A DNA stretch of 63,452 bases, filler included, from Chrysochromulina tobinii (lineage: Eukaryota): the NCBI GenBank assembly GCA_001275005.1. It is 4 parts of 4 records of this genome, joined end to end, with 100 filler letters (N's around TTAATTAATTAA, not from the genome) between each part and the next. Parts side by side here need not be neighbours in the genome. Positions count along the whole stretch, not along the records: positions 1 to 23,560 come from JWZX01001356.1; 3 more parts are not named here. The stretch is one strand, 5' to 3'. Shown here piece by piece: positions 1 to 9,300 of the stretch. Under the pieces are notes generated by a model. That model had not been told where the DNA came from, did no database searches, and worked only from the letters and a program-made list of their open reading frames with translations. The translations under genes were made by a program, and so were the position numbers. Position 1 is the stretch's first letter, and every line of letters begins with the position of its first letter.

Positions 1-371
1 GCCTCGCCATCGAGCTCGCGCATGGAGTGGGGGTCTCGTGGGACGGCCGTGTCCATCGCCATTGCACGGCGGTCCCGCGGCACGTGGCGCCGAGGGATCA
101 CCTGTACGCCCTATTCCTGGGCCAGTACACGCGTGTGATGAATGCGTCAGAGCGGGTGGCGGAGCTGCGGATGGCGCTGCGCGCCCAGGTCGAGGCGCGC
201 CGCCGGCAGCGTGGGCCTGAGCTGGGCGTTGGCAGCGTGGTGTGGGCCAAGCTGTATGCCCGTGGCAGCGGGTACCTGAGGGCTCAGGGCGTGGTGGCCA
301 AGATTGACGCTGAGGGGGTCGTGTGGGTGATGTGGACTGGGGAGCGAGGGCCGGCGCGCGGGTGGTGGTAG
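1..371 (+). CDS. 3' end of a gene truncated by the window edge; tentative 2OG-Fe(II) oxygenase-like C-terminal strands followed by a PWWP/Tudor-like domain
   Basis: Frame 3 is open from the window start: LAIELAHGVGVSWDGRVHRHCT...LYALF, then LGVGSVVWAKL...GVVAKIDAEGVVWVMW; stop at 369-371. Confidence 0.35.
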   Translation, partial: LAIELAHGVGVSWDGRVHRHCTAVPRHVAPRDHLYALFLGQYTRVMNASERVAELRMALRAQVEARRRQRGPELGVGSVVWAKLYARGSGYLRAQGVVAKIDAEGVVWVMWTGERGPARGWW

Positions 372-764
372 CCGTTATGTAAGCGACCCGCATGTTCCGC
401 CCTTTCCATGACTTGTGAAGTGGGAACGGGAGCCCTTGGCTCCAGGGACCCTTGCATGCCGCTCAGGAGGTCCGGCGAGTAGACCTGACCTCTCGAGAGC
501 GGGTTGAAGTCTGTCAGAGGTTCTTAGATGTCACACCGGACAAACACTCTTCGACTCGCGCGCGGAGAACCCGCGCGCCCTTTCACCGGGACGGCGCTTG
601 ACGTAACTCTACGTGCATGCGACCGGAACGTCCCGGACCCGGTTTACCGACTCGCATGAAGAGTCACTGTGAGCGAGTGCTAGGAGGTTTTTTCACACGA
701 GAACACAAGCGCCACTGATCGTCATCGTCCGTAGATCGTCATAGCACGTCTAACAGAACAAGGT

Positions 765-2210
765 TCATGTGTCTGCTGGCGATTGCGCTTTCTGCAACCG
801 AAGCCGCGAACCCTTGGCGCGATTCGAGAGCTGATACACGCCCGACACGCTTGGCGAGGGCGTGCCTGCGGCCGCGCCTGCAGCCTCTCCGATGGCGCGC
901 GATGACGAGCTCGGCGCCTCGTCAGCCTCTCGATGGACGATGCTGCGGTAGCCAACGCCAGACTCGATGGCCGCCTTGGCGACGGCGCGCGGCTCGCGCC
1001 GCTCCCTGGCCGCCGCCGCCGACACAGCTGCGCGCACCTTCCGCTCGGGAGGTGGCGCGAGATGAGGGCACCGCTCGTAAATGGACAGCGGCTCGGCGGC
1101 GGTGGCGGCGGCTGTAGCGAGCAACTTGACGAACTGAGGCGCGACTTGCTCTTCGTAGTCGCCATCGTTGTTGTGCAGATCGCACGTGCCGTCCTCGTGC
1201 ACCGCTCTCACCACGCCGTCGAACCAGTTCAGTCCCGACGCTGCCGACACCATCGCCGCCACGGGCGACGCCAACATCACCGCCGCCACGGGTGACGCCA
1301 ACATCGCCGCGGGCGACGCCCGTGAGGTTGCCGCTGGTGCTGGCGCTGTCCCTGGAGCTGTCCTCTCCGCGGCTGGCGGTGCCGCTGGGGCTGGCGGTGC
1401 CGGCTGCGAGGCCGTCTCTGAGGGCATCGTGAGGTTGAGTCCTACAGCCTCATCCGCGTCCGCCGCGCCGATGGCGGTCTCCGCAACGACCGCACCGGCG
1501 GCTGGCGACGCCGCCTCCGTGCGAGCACGCTTCCTCGGGGGCGATACCTCTGCGGCCTTCGCCGCCTCGGCTGCCTCCACCTTCGCCGCCTCGGCTGCCT
1601 CCGCCTTCGTCGCCTCGGCTGCCTCCGCCTTCGTCGCCTCGGCTTGATCGCGTGCTCGCGCCTCGGCCTGCACGATCGCAAAAAGCAGGTCGACCTGCTG
1701 CCAGACCGAACGCTCATCAACGCTCTCCCGCTCACTGCGCTTGCGCGCGCGCGCCTCCTTGCGGACAGCCTTGTCGGCAGCGCGCTCCTCATCGTTGCGG
1801 CGCTCTCGTGCCTCTTCGGGGTCGGCTTGAGCCGCCGCCTCGTGCTTCTCCCGCTGCTTGCGCTCAAAGATAGCCGCGTCGTTGCTGATGAGCGGGCCTC
1901 CGGGCACGTCATCAGGGTGCCCGAGCATCAGCAGGGGCCACGTGCTCCGGCCATGGAGAGGCGCAAATTCGTGGCAGAAGGGCTTGCACAGGCCCTTGGG
2001 GTCCTGCACGACCAGGAGCGGGTGCTTGGATCGCTCCAAGAAGCGGCGCGCTAGCCGACCGGCCTCACCATGTGCAAAGGTGAAGTCGGGCAGGTGCGCG
2101 GACGAGGTGGCCGCAGAGCTGGAAGGCACGGCCGACGGCCGATGGATGGCAGGTGGCGCCTTGCCGGCCGCTTTCGCCTGCAGCGCCAGCTTGTGACCGC
2201 GAGAGGCCAT
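765..2210 (-). CDS. Hypothetical nuclear protein with a Dbf4 motif-M-like segment, charged/Ala repeats and a C-terminal Tudor-like domain
   Basis: 481 aa ORF; LLVVQDPKGLCKPFCHEF; repeats AEATKAEA and MLASPVAA x3; NWFDGVVRAVHEDGTCDLHNNDGDYEEQV. Confidence 0.55.
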   Translation of the reverse strand: MASRGHKLALQAKAAGKAPPAIHRPSAVPSSSAATSSAHLPDFTFAHGEAGRLARRFLERSKHPLLVVQDPKGLCKPFCHEFAPLHGRSTWPLLMLGHPDDVPGGPLISNDAAIFERKQREKHEAAAQADPEEARERRNDEERAADKAVRKEARARKRSERESVDERSVWQQVDLLFAIVQAEARARDQAEATKAEAAEATKAEAAEAAKVEAAEAAKAAEVSPPRKRARTEAASPAAGAVVAETAIGAADADEAVGLNLTMPSETASQPAPPAPAAPPAAERTAPGTAPAPAATSRASPAAMLASPVAAVMLASPVAAMVSAASGLNWFDGVVRAVHEDGTCDLHNNDGDYEEQVAPQFVKLLATAAATAAEPLSIYERCPHLAPPPERKVRAAVSAAAARERREPRAVAKAAIESGVGYRSIVHREADEAPSSSSRAIGEAAGAAAGTPSPSVSGVYQLSNRAKGSRLRLQKAQSPADT

Positions 2211-2344
2211 ACTTGTTTCTGTTCACTATGAATACAGAATGACGCCACGTTGAGCGAGGCGTGGTCCAAGATCGGGCTCCGTCTGGGCCGCCGTGGAATG
2301 AAGACCACCCAATCACACTCCCTTAGTGGAGACGCACGCCGCCC

Positions 2345-3217
2345 ATGGCCGAATACGACGATCGCCTGCAGCGTCGGGCGGCCGGCGGTGAAATCTTGGT
2401 CGCTCGGCTGCTGCCAAAGCCAGGCCCCAAGCTATACACTGGCATGCTTTGGTGGGTCTTTGGGCTTTATGTCCTGTTTTATGCCCGCGCGCCGTACATG
2501 CCGAGTGCAGCCGAGGAGCAGACTTACGGTGAGCTGATGCAGCAGGCCATCTTCTCCGAGGAAGCGAAGGAAGCCCAGAACGAATTGCTCGCGGCCGAGC
2601 GGCGCCTCGCGGAGGTGCACGTCTTCGGCTGGCGCTGGAGATCGCCGTACTCGCAGCAGGTACCACCACGCATGCGGAGCGTCGATGAGGCCCGTGGCCG
2701 ACTCGAGTTTCATTTGCAACAGCGCAACGCGTTGATCAGCGAGGCCAAGGCGCAGGTGGGCATCTGGTCGGAGTATGGCGTCGAGGAGGTCCGCGACCGG
2801 TTCTGGAAGGCCTACCAGTCGGGCAAGGACTTTGCGAAGCGGATGACATGGTGGGACCTCATCCTCGGAGCGGGCGGTCGGCGCGATGAGGAGGCGTGGG
2901 TCACGATGTTCCGCTATCTCGCGCAGATCATGATGAACTTCACGATCGGCCTCATCTCAGCCCTCTTCTCCTTTTGCTTCTCGCTCGTGTCCATGCTGTG
3001 GGAGTACAAGACGAGCTACTTGTCCGGCCTGCTCTTTTTTCTCGTCGCCATGTCAGGCGCCTCCGCGATGGTCGCCACGTTCATAGGCGGCATGTACACT
3101 GTCGCCATCGGCGGCGTGTACGTCGTGCTGAAGTCGAATGCCAACAATCCGCGCCTCCAGGGACGTCGGCAGTACCAGCCGCAGAATCTGCGTGCGAGGT
3201 ATGAGCACTACGACTGA
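2345..3217 (+). CDS. Hypothetical membrane protein (N-terminal TM, coiled coil, C-terminal TMs)
   Basis: 290 aa ATG-initiated ORF with coding-like codon use and hydrophobic segments GMLWWVFGLYVLFY, FTIGLISALFSFCFSLV, LLFFLVAMSG. Confidence 0.75.
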   Translation: MAEYDDRLQRRAAGGEILVARLLPKPGPKLYTGMLWWVFGLYVLFYARAPYMPSAAEEQTYGELMQQAIFSEEAKEAQNELLAAERRLAEVHVFGWRWRSPYSQQVPPRMRSVDEARGRLEFHLQQRNALISEAKAQVGIWSEYGVEEVRDRFWKAYQSGKDFAKRMTWWDLILGAGGRRDEEAWVTMFRYLAQIMMNFTIGLISALFSFCFSLVSMLWEYKTSYLSGLLFFLVAMSGASAMVATFIGGMYTVAIGGVYVVLKSNANNPRLQGRRQYQPQNLRARYEHYD

Positions 3218-3325
3218 ACTCTGAAGGGACTTTTCGAGCGCCGCGCGGTCGGTCCGAGCGGAAGAGCCTGTGCGCTGCGAGGAGGGTGTCGCGGCGCATG
3301 TGTCCCACATATTCCTGTACGTGAT

Positions 3326-4585
3326 TTGATCAATACCGCCAGGTCCAGAAACTCTGACGAAGCACAGCGAAGCAACTTGCAGAAGCAACTGACGAAGCCC
3401 GCGCACATTGATGCGGGGCTCGCTGCTTCGGTTGTCGGGATGGAGACAACACGCTCGTTTCCAGGCTCATCAGCCCTTGACCGAGCGGCGCACGCCTCGC
3501 CCGATGGCCGGACAGTGACGTTGGTCTTTGGCACGATCGATTTTTTGGAGTTGCTGCTCAACTGGAGCTGCCACGCTCTCGCACTTGGAGTACACTGGTT
3601 TGTGCTAGTCGCCATGGACGCGCAATGCCACCAGGCGCTCCTACAGAATCCGATGGCACGTGCTCACGCGTTACTGCTCCCGCAGTCACGCAACGTCTCC
3701 AAGATGACTGTCATTGGAGATCGCCAGCGTTTTGGACTGAGCGTCTTGGAACGCGGGTTTAACATTGTGCACTCTGATGCAGACGCCTAGTAGTAGGTGC
3801 TAAGTCATGGTCTGGATCAAAAAACCTACTACTTTGATCCAGGACTTACACGCCTACAAGATCCGTGGCCGGTGCTAAGTCATGGTGACGACATCGTAGC
3901 AGAACGTATCTGGGGTAAGCCACTCTCCGTCGTGCGCGCCTGGGGTGCGGCCATCTGCACCGGTTGGTACTTTGTGCGCTCGACGCCCGCAGCTATCGCG
4001 GTGGCTCGGGCGACTCGCGACGAGATCGCCAAGAAGCGTGCTCGGCAACCCAATTGGCAAGCGTCGGATCAATACTGCTTGAATGTGGCCCTCCACAAAA
4101 GGTTTGCATTGCGCTGGGACGGCAACCAGACCATGCCGCCGGCGTCCTCGATGGCGACCAAGTATGTCGATCAGCAACCAAGCCGCGGCACGGCGACCAC
4201 TGAGAAGGGGACAGTCCGCGTGGCGATGCTCGCACATGCGATCATTCCACGTGCGTGCCCGGTGCTCTCCGCGACGGAGCTCACCAGCGTTGAGCGCGCA
4301 AGACCGGGCGAGCGCCTGCACGGCAAAGCTCACTGGTGGCGAGTGCTGCTACAGAACGCAGTGGTGCTCCACTGTTTCCCGCCGGGCGACACGCCGCAGC
4401 CCACGGAAAAGCGCTTCATCTTTATGGGGCACCCAAAGCACACGCAGGCCGAGGTGGCGTTTGCCAAACGGCAGAACTTGTGGAGGCTGCGTGAAAACTG
4501 GTTTCAGTTGATTACGAATAGGAGTAGAGACACGACACCTGGCATTTTGGGCTCGGGCTTCCTCGCCATGTGTAGGTCGTCGTGA
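3326..4585 (+). pseudogene. Nucleotide-diphospho-sugar transferase (GT77-like) interrupted by TAG TAG TAG and a short insertion
   Basis: LLLNW, VLVAMD, GFNIVHSDADA (DxD), QDPW, AICTGWYFVRST, SDQYCLN; both halves are in the same frame, separated by stops at 3788-3796. Confidence 0.7.
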
Positions 4586-4701
4586 AAATGACTTGGAGAC
4601 GCGATGAGATTTTTCATCTCAGTTCCGCAAACTCCGCACCGGACAAAAATCAGGCGGCTGAAAATGAACTATTAGTCAAGTGCTCGCCTTTTGCCGACAC
4701 C

Positions 4702-5618
4702 ATGGCTTCCGCGTCACTGTGGGCTCAGCTTGAACAGGACGCGTTCGAAACTGGTTTCAGCAGCTTCATGAACGGTCTCCCTGACTTTGCAGGTAGCTTC
4801 ACGGCCGAATCGTCCTTCTCACCGAGGGCCTCACCGCCACCCCCTTCGGTGCCAGAAACGGCACTCACATCCACGCGTGACACACCGCACGGGGCGGATC
4901 CAATACCGACCCTTGCTATGGCTTGGCCAATGGCCACTATTGCGGACGATATTCCATGGGCCTCCGTCGTCGTTGCGCCCGAGATCCTGCAGCACATGCT
5001 CCAGCCCAGACCCCCACTGCTCCAAGCTGCAGTGCAGACGGCCAACTCGGACGGTCAGACCCAGGGAGCAGAGGAACCGTGGCTGCGCTATCAGTGCCGC
5101 TATCCGGGCTGCAACCACCATTATGCCAGCACGGACGGCGTGCGCAAGCACTGTCGCAAGAAGGTGCGCATGCATTCTCGACCAACCGCCCCGCATGCAT
5201 GACCGCCTTGCTGACACCCGGCCTCCGCGCGCGTGCGCAGCACTCGGAATGGTTGCGCGGCCTTGGGCCAGGCGTCGCGCTCTTCTCGCAGGTCGCGCTC
5301 CCATTCAACCACGCGCTCACGCCCGTTATGGAGAGGAAGGCTGAAGGAGAGCGCGGCGTTGACGAAACCGGCGAACCTGACGACGAGTCGGACGACACCC
5401 GACATGAAGTGCAACATGAGGGGCTGGGGCCGCCGGTACCGGACACGAGGCCGGACGCGAAGCGCAGCAGGGCTGTGATGACGGCGTCGCGCGTGCGGTC
5501 CGGCAGCAGCAGCAGCAGCAGCGCGTCGACGATGCAGAGGGACTCCTCCGCGGGAACTGGCAAGCGTAAGGGCAGCACGCGAGCTCACGGGACGGGGAGC
5601 TCACGGGAGGACAACTGA
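4702..5618 (+). CDS. C2H2 zinc-finger protein, two exons (intron 5164-5240)
   Basis: CRYPGCNHHYASTDGVRKHCRKK|HSEW; the second His is restored by splicing AAG|GTGCGC...GCGCAG|CAC. Confidence 0.8.
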
Positions 5619-6317
5619 GGACAGCACGGCCACCCTCCTGTGCTACGTGGGAGGGGGCATCCGGAACGCTGACGTATATTCCGCGTGTCAGGCCGCAGGA
5701 TCGTGTGGTGCAAGGCCCCCTCCCGCCCCCCTCATGGTCTGACTGCAGACTTCAATTTATGCTTGCCCAAGTCTGGTACACCTAAAGCTCAAGCAGAGAT
5801 GATAGAGCATCTCTCAGATCGGCTGTTGCAGTACTTACGCATTTTTGCCGTGGAAAACTTTAGTCGAATTCCTTTACATGCGATAATTTGACCCAAATAA
5901 CGGGGGAGCCGGGGGAGGTATTCTATTTTTCTTCCGATTGTCCGCGTCTCAGACAGACCACACTCGCCACCCGCAGGACGCTCCGCGTTCCCGCCGCCGA
6001 CCCGCCCTGCTCGGCTCGGCCCTGATTTCCTGTTTCGGGAACTCAGTGATTAACAGAAACTCGTAAGATGCCACACTCATATTGTTGTATTCGGCTACGC
6101 AACGGTGCTTCACCCATCAGTCTCCCCGAACCGCACTATTTCGGGCCGGGCCCTGACTTGGGCAGACGCCGAGTTGGCGTGTCTGTGGACCTCTCTCTCT
6201 CTCTCTAGACTCTACTCGGAGGTTAGGCTAGCCCATGCTAATTCATGCGATCGCGGACATCGAGTTAGCTGGTGCGACTCGTCGCGCCAGTGATCCTTGT
6301 TGTATCGCCACCTTCCA

Positions 6318-9300
6318 TCACGTCTTCTGGCTCTTCCTCAAATCCTTCTCCTGCTCCGAAGGGGCGCTCATCACGACCTGCGGCACAACCTCAATGATCT
6401 TGACGGTGACCTTCTGCATGTTCGGCCCATAGACAGTCTCCTCCTTTTCGGAGCGCGGCTCGAGATACGTGCACGGCGGGTAGACGCATTCGAACTCATC
6501 TGGGTATACTGAGAAGGGTTGCACGACGGCCCCCATGTGAGCAGCGGAGTCGACGCGCACCTTGAGCAGCAGTGGCATCAAGGGGGCCTCCGGATTGAGC
6601 TTCATCCGCGCCGCCACGTCAGCAAGTACGCCCTTCTCTGAGATGGCGCGGTTCATCGACATGGACATCGGGCTCAGCTCAGTGCCACCGCGCTGCTTGA
6701 ACTCGGAGGCAACATCCAGGTTGCACATGCCACGCCAAAGTACCCTCTGGGGAGTGCTCTTAGCGCCGGCGGTCGTCTCATCGTCGGGTGCGCCAGCGAC
6801 TGCCGCGGCCGCCGCGGCTGCGGCCGCCGCCGCCTCGGCTGGCCGCGCATTAGCCTTGGCCATCTCGGCCGCGCGGAGCTTTTTGATGGCCTCGGTGAGC
6901 AGTGCGACGAGGGCGGGGTACGGGTGCGGCCGCTCCGGCGAGCAGCCATCGTGCAGCGGCCGGTTGATCGACCGAAAGACGGAAGATGAGTACAAGCGAA
7001 GTGCGAGCACGTGCGCGCGCTTGAGCCCGGCCGAGGCCGCGGCAGGCAACGCCACGAAGTCGTCGAGGCTGAGGCCCCTGTTCCCCTGGTCGATGTGCGA
7101 CGCGGGCTTGAGCTTCCCAGAGTCCTCAGGCAGCGATGGCAGGCGCGAGAAGTCACCGGAGCGGTGGGAGCGCACGTAGGTGAGCCAGTCCCTCTGCGTC
7201 CAGCCGTACTCGTCCGTATCGGGCTCCGCGGCGCTCGCACACGCCGTCTCGATCTCGTCGATGATGGCGCCTTCGCCGCCCAACATCTTGGCCCTGAGTT
7301 CGTCTTCCGTCTGCAGCCCGAGGAGCTTGTGCAGCGCGGACAAGCCCTCAATCGGGCGGCCAAAGCGAATCTTCTCAGCGAGGTACTTGTTTTCAACACT
7401 CGTATGGTCGTTGATGGACGAGGCGTCGAACATCAGCTCGTTGAGCGACTTAGGTGCCGCCGCCACGGTGGCCTCGCGGTCGACCTGCATGAGGACCATT
7501 TGCTCCTGGCAGAGCGGGCATACCATCGGACGCCCTTGCAGCTCTGTACACGCCCAGCGCGTCGGGAGCCCCTTGTGCTCCGTGTGCTTGGCGCAGCCGG
7601 GGCAGCCGAGCTCGGCCACAGCCGTAAGGCCGGGAAAGTCGTGGATAATGGCGTCCGCGATCGCCTTGATCTGCAGTAGGATGGCCCATAGCTCATGACG
7701 GTTGGACTTCTTCCCGCGCATCTCCATGCACAGCTCATACTCGCCTTTCTTGAGAGCCTTTTCGTGTGTCGAAGTCTTCTCGCCCGACACGGCGCCCGTG
7801 CGCAGCTCGAGGAGCAGCAGCGCGGAATCTTTGGTGCGCGTCTCGATGAGCGCGCCGCTCTTCCAGAATCGATGATACTTGCCGAAGCCGTAGCACGAGG
7901 CCGTGAGCCGCTCCGGAATCCCAGGGGGGGCGATGCTCCCGATGCGATAGGACATGGCGAGCGTCTCGCGCGCGTCGCCGTCGGCGTGGCCCATCGCCTC
8001 ATTCCACTTCCACATAGCATCGGTCGGTTGGTTGGGCGGCAGGCGCATCGGCATCACCCAGCGGCGCCCCTGCTGCGTGTGCTCTGCAAGGAAGAGGACG
8101 CCACTCACGCTCATCATCAGCAACACCTCGGCGTAATCGTCGCGCTCCAGCCCGAGAGAATCCCACATGAGGGGGAGCAACTCCTCACGAAGCTCGCCGC
8201 TCTTGACCAGGCAATCTATGGCCGGCAGCAGCGTCGCCGCGCGCTGCTGGTCGTCGCCGATCAAGAGCGCGCCTGTGTGGCCCTTCGTGAAGAATTGGCG
8301 GTTGAGCCGGTGGTCGACGAGCGGCTTGAGCAACCGCACGACGTAATTGGGCTGCAGGTAGATGATGCCGCAGCTCGCGAAGATCTCGCCCTGGTTGACG
8401 AGCAGCTGCAGCGCGTCATCTAGCACTGCGGCGTCGCCGGCCAGCCCCATCTTGGCCGCCACCTCGTTGACCCACAACTGCTTCGCAGAGCGCACCGTCA
8501 TGTACGCGCGGGATCCAATCTCGCGGTTCTCGGCGTCCCACTCGCCGCCGCCGCCGCCGCCGCCACCGCCGCCGCCGCCGACGCCGCCGCTGCCGCCGCC
8601 GACGCCGCCGTGGGCGCTCTCGCCCGCTGCCGGCGTCGCCTCCGTGCTGTCCTTTTTCGCTTGGCGCTGATCGATTCCAACGACCTTGGCCGCTTCGATG
8701 GGATCGCGCCCGTCGCGCAACGCGCGCAGGTACGTCATGGCGAGCACCCACGTGCGAGGGATAGTCTGGCCGACCGAGGGGAGCAATGGGGGCTTGGCGA
8801 GCAGGAGGGACTCGATTTGGAGGCGCAGAGAGCTCAGCGACTGGTCGCCACCCGCGATGGATGAGACGCACATGACCTTATCCTGCACACGCAGCGAGCG
8901 TTTCTTGACATCAAGGGCGCTCTGGTGGCGCTCGACTCCCTTTTTGATCCAGTCGATCTGCTTGAGCGCCGCGTGTGCAAAGGCCTCGTGCGAACGATCC
9001 TTGGCGTCGTCCGGCACGAGCTGGTCGCAGTGTGTGAGCACGAACTGCACGACCGCGTCGGGTGCGCCGGTCGTCAGGTAGTCCATCCAACGGCCGAGCA
9101 CATTTGAGTACTCCGAATCGAGCCATTCCACGGGATTCGCGGGCACGGTCATCAAGTAGAGCGACCCCGGTACAATGTACGGCTGCAAGCCCGCCGCGTA
9201 CTGCGGCTGCCCCGCGAGGTCCCACATCGAGACGAGCACATGCCCGTTCTCCTTGGTCGAGTCTCCCACGGCCATCGAATAAATGTCGAGCTGGATGGTT

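Noticed and set aside
649..683. Hairpin followed by CTAG as a Helitron 3' end
   Set aside because: CTAG is followed by G, not T, and no Rep/helicase is in view
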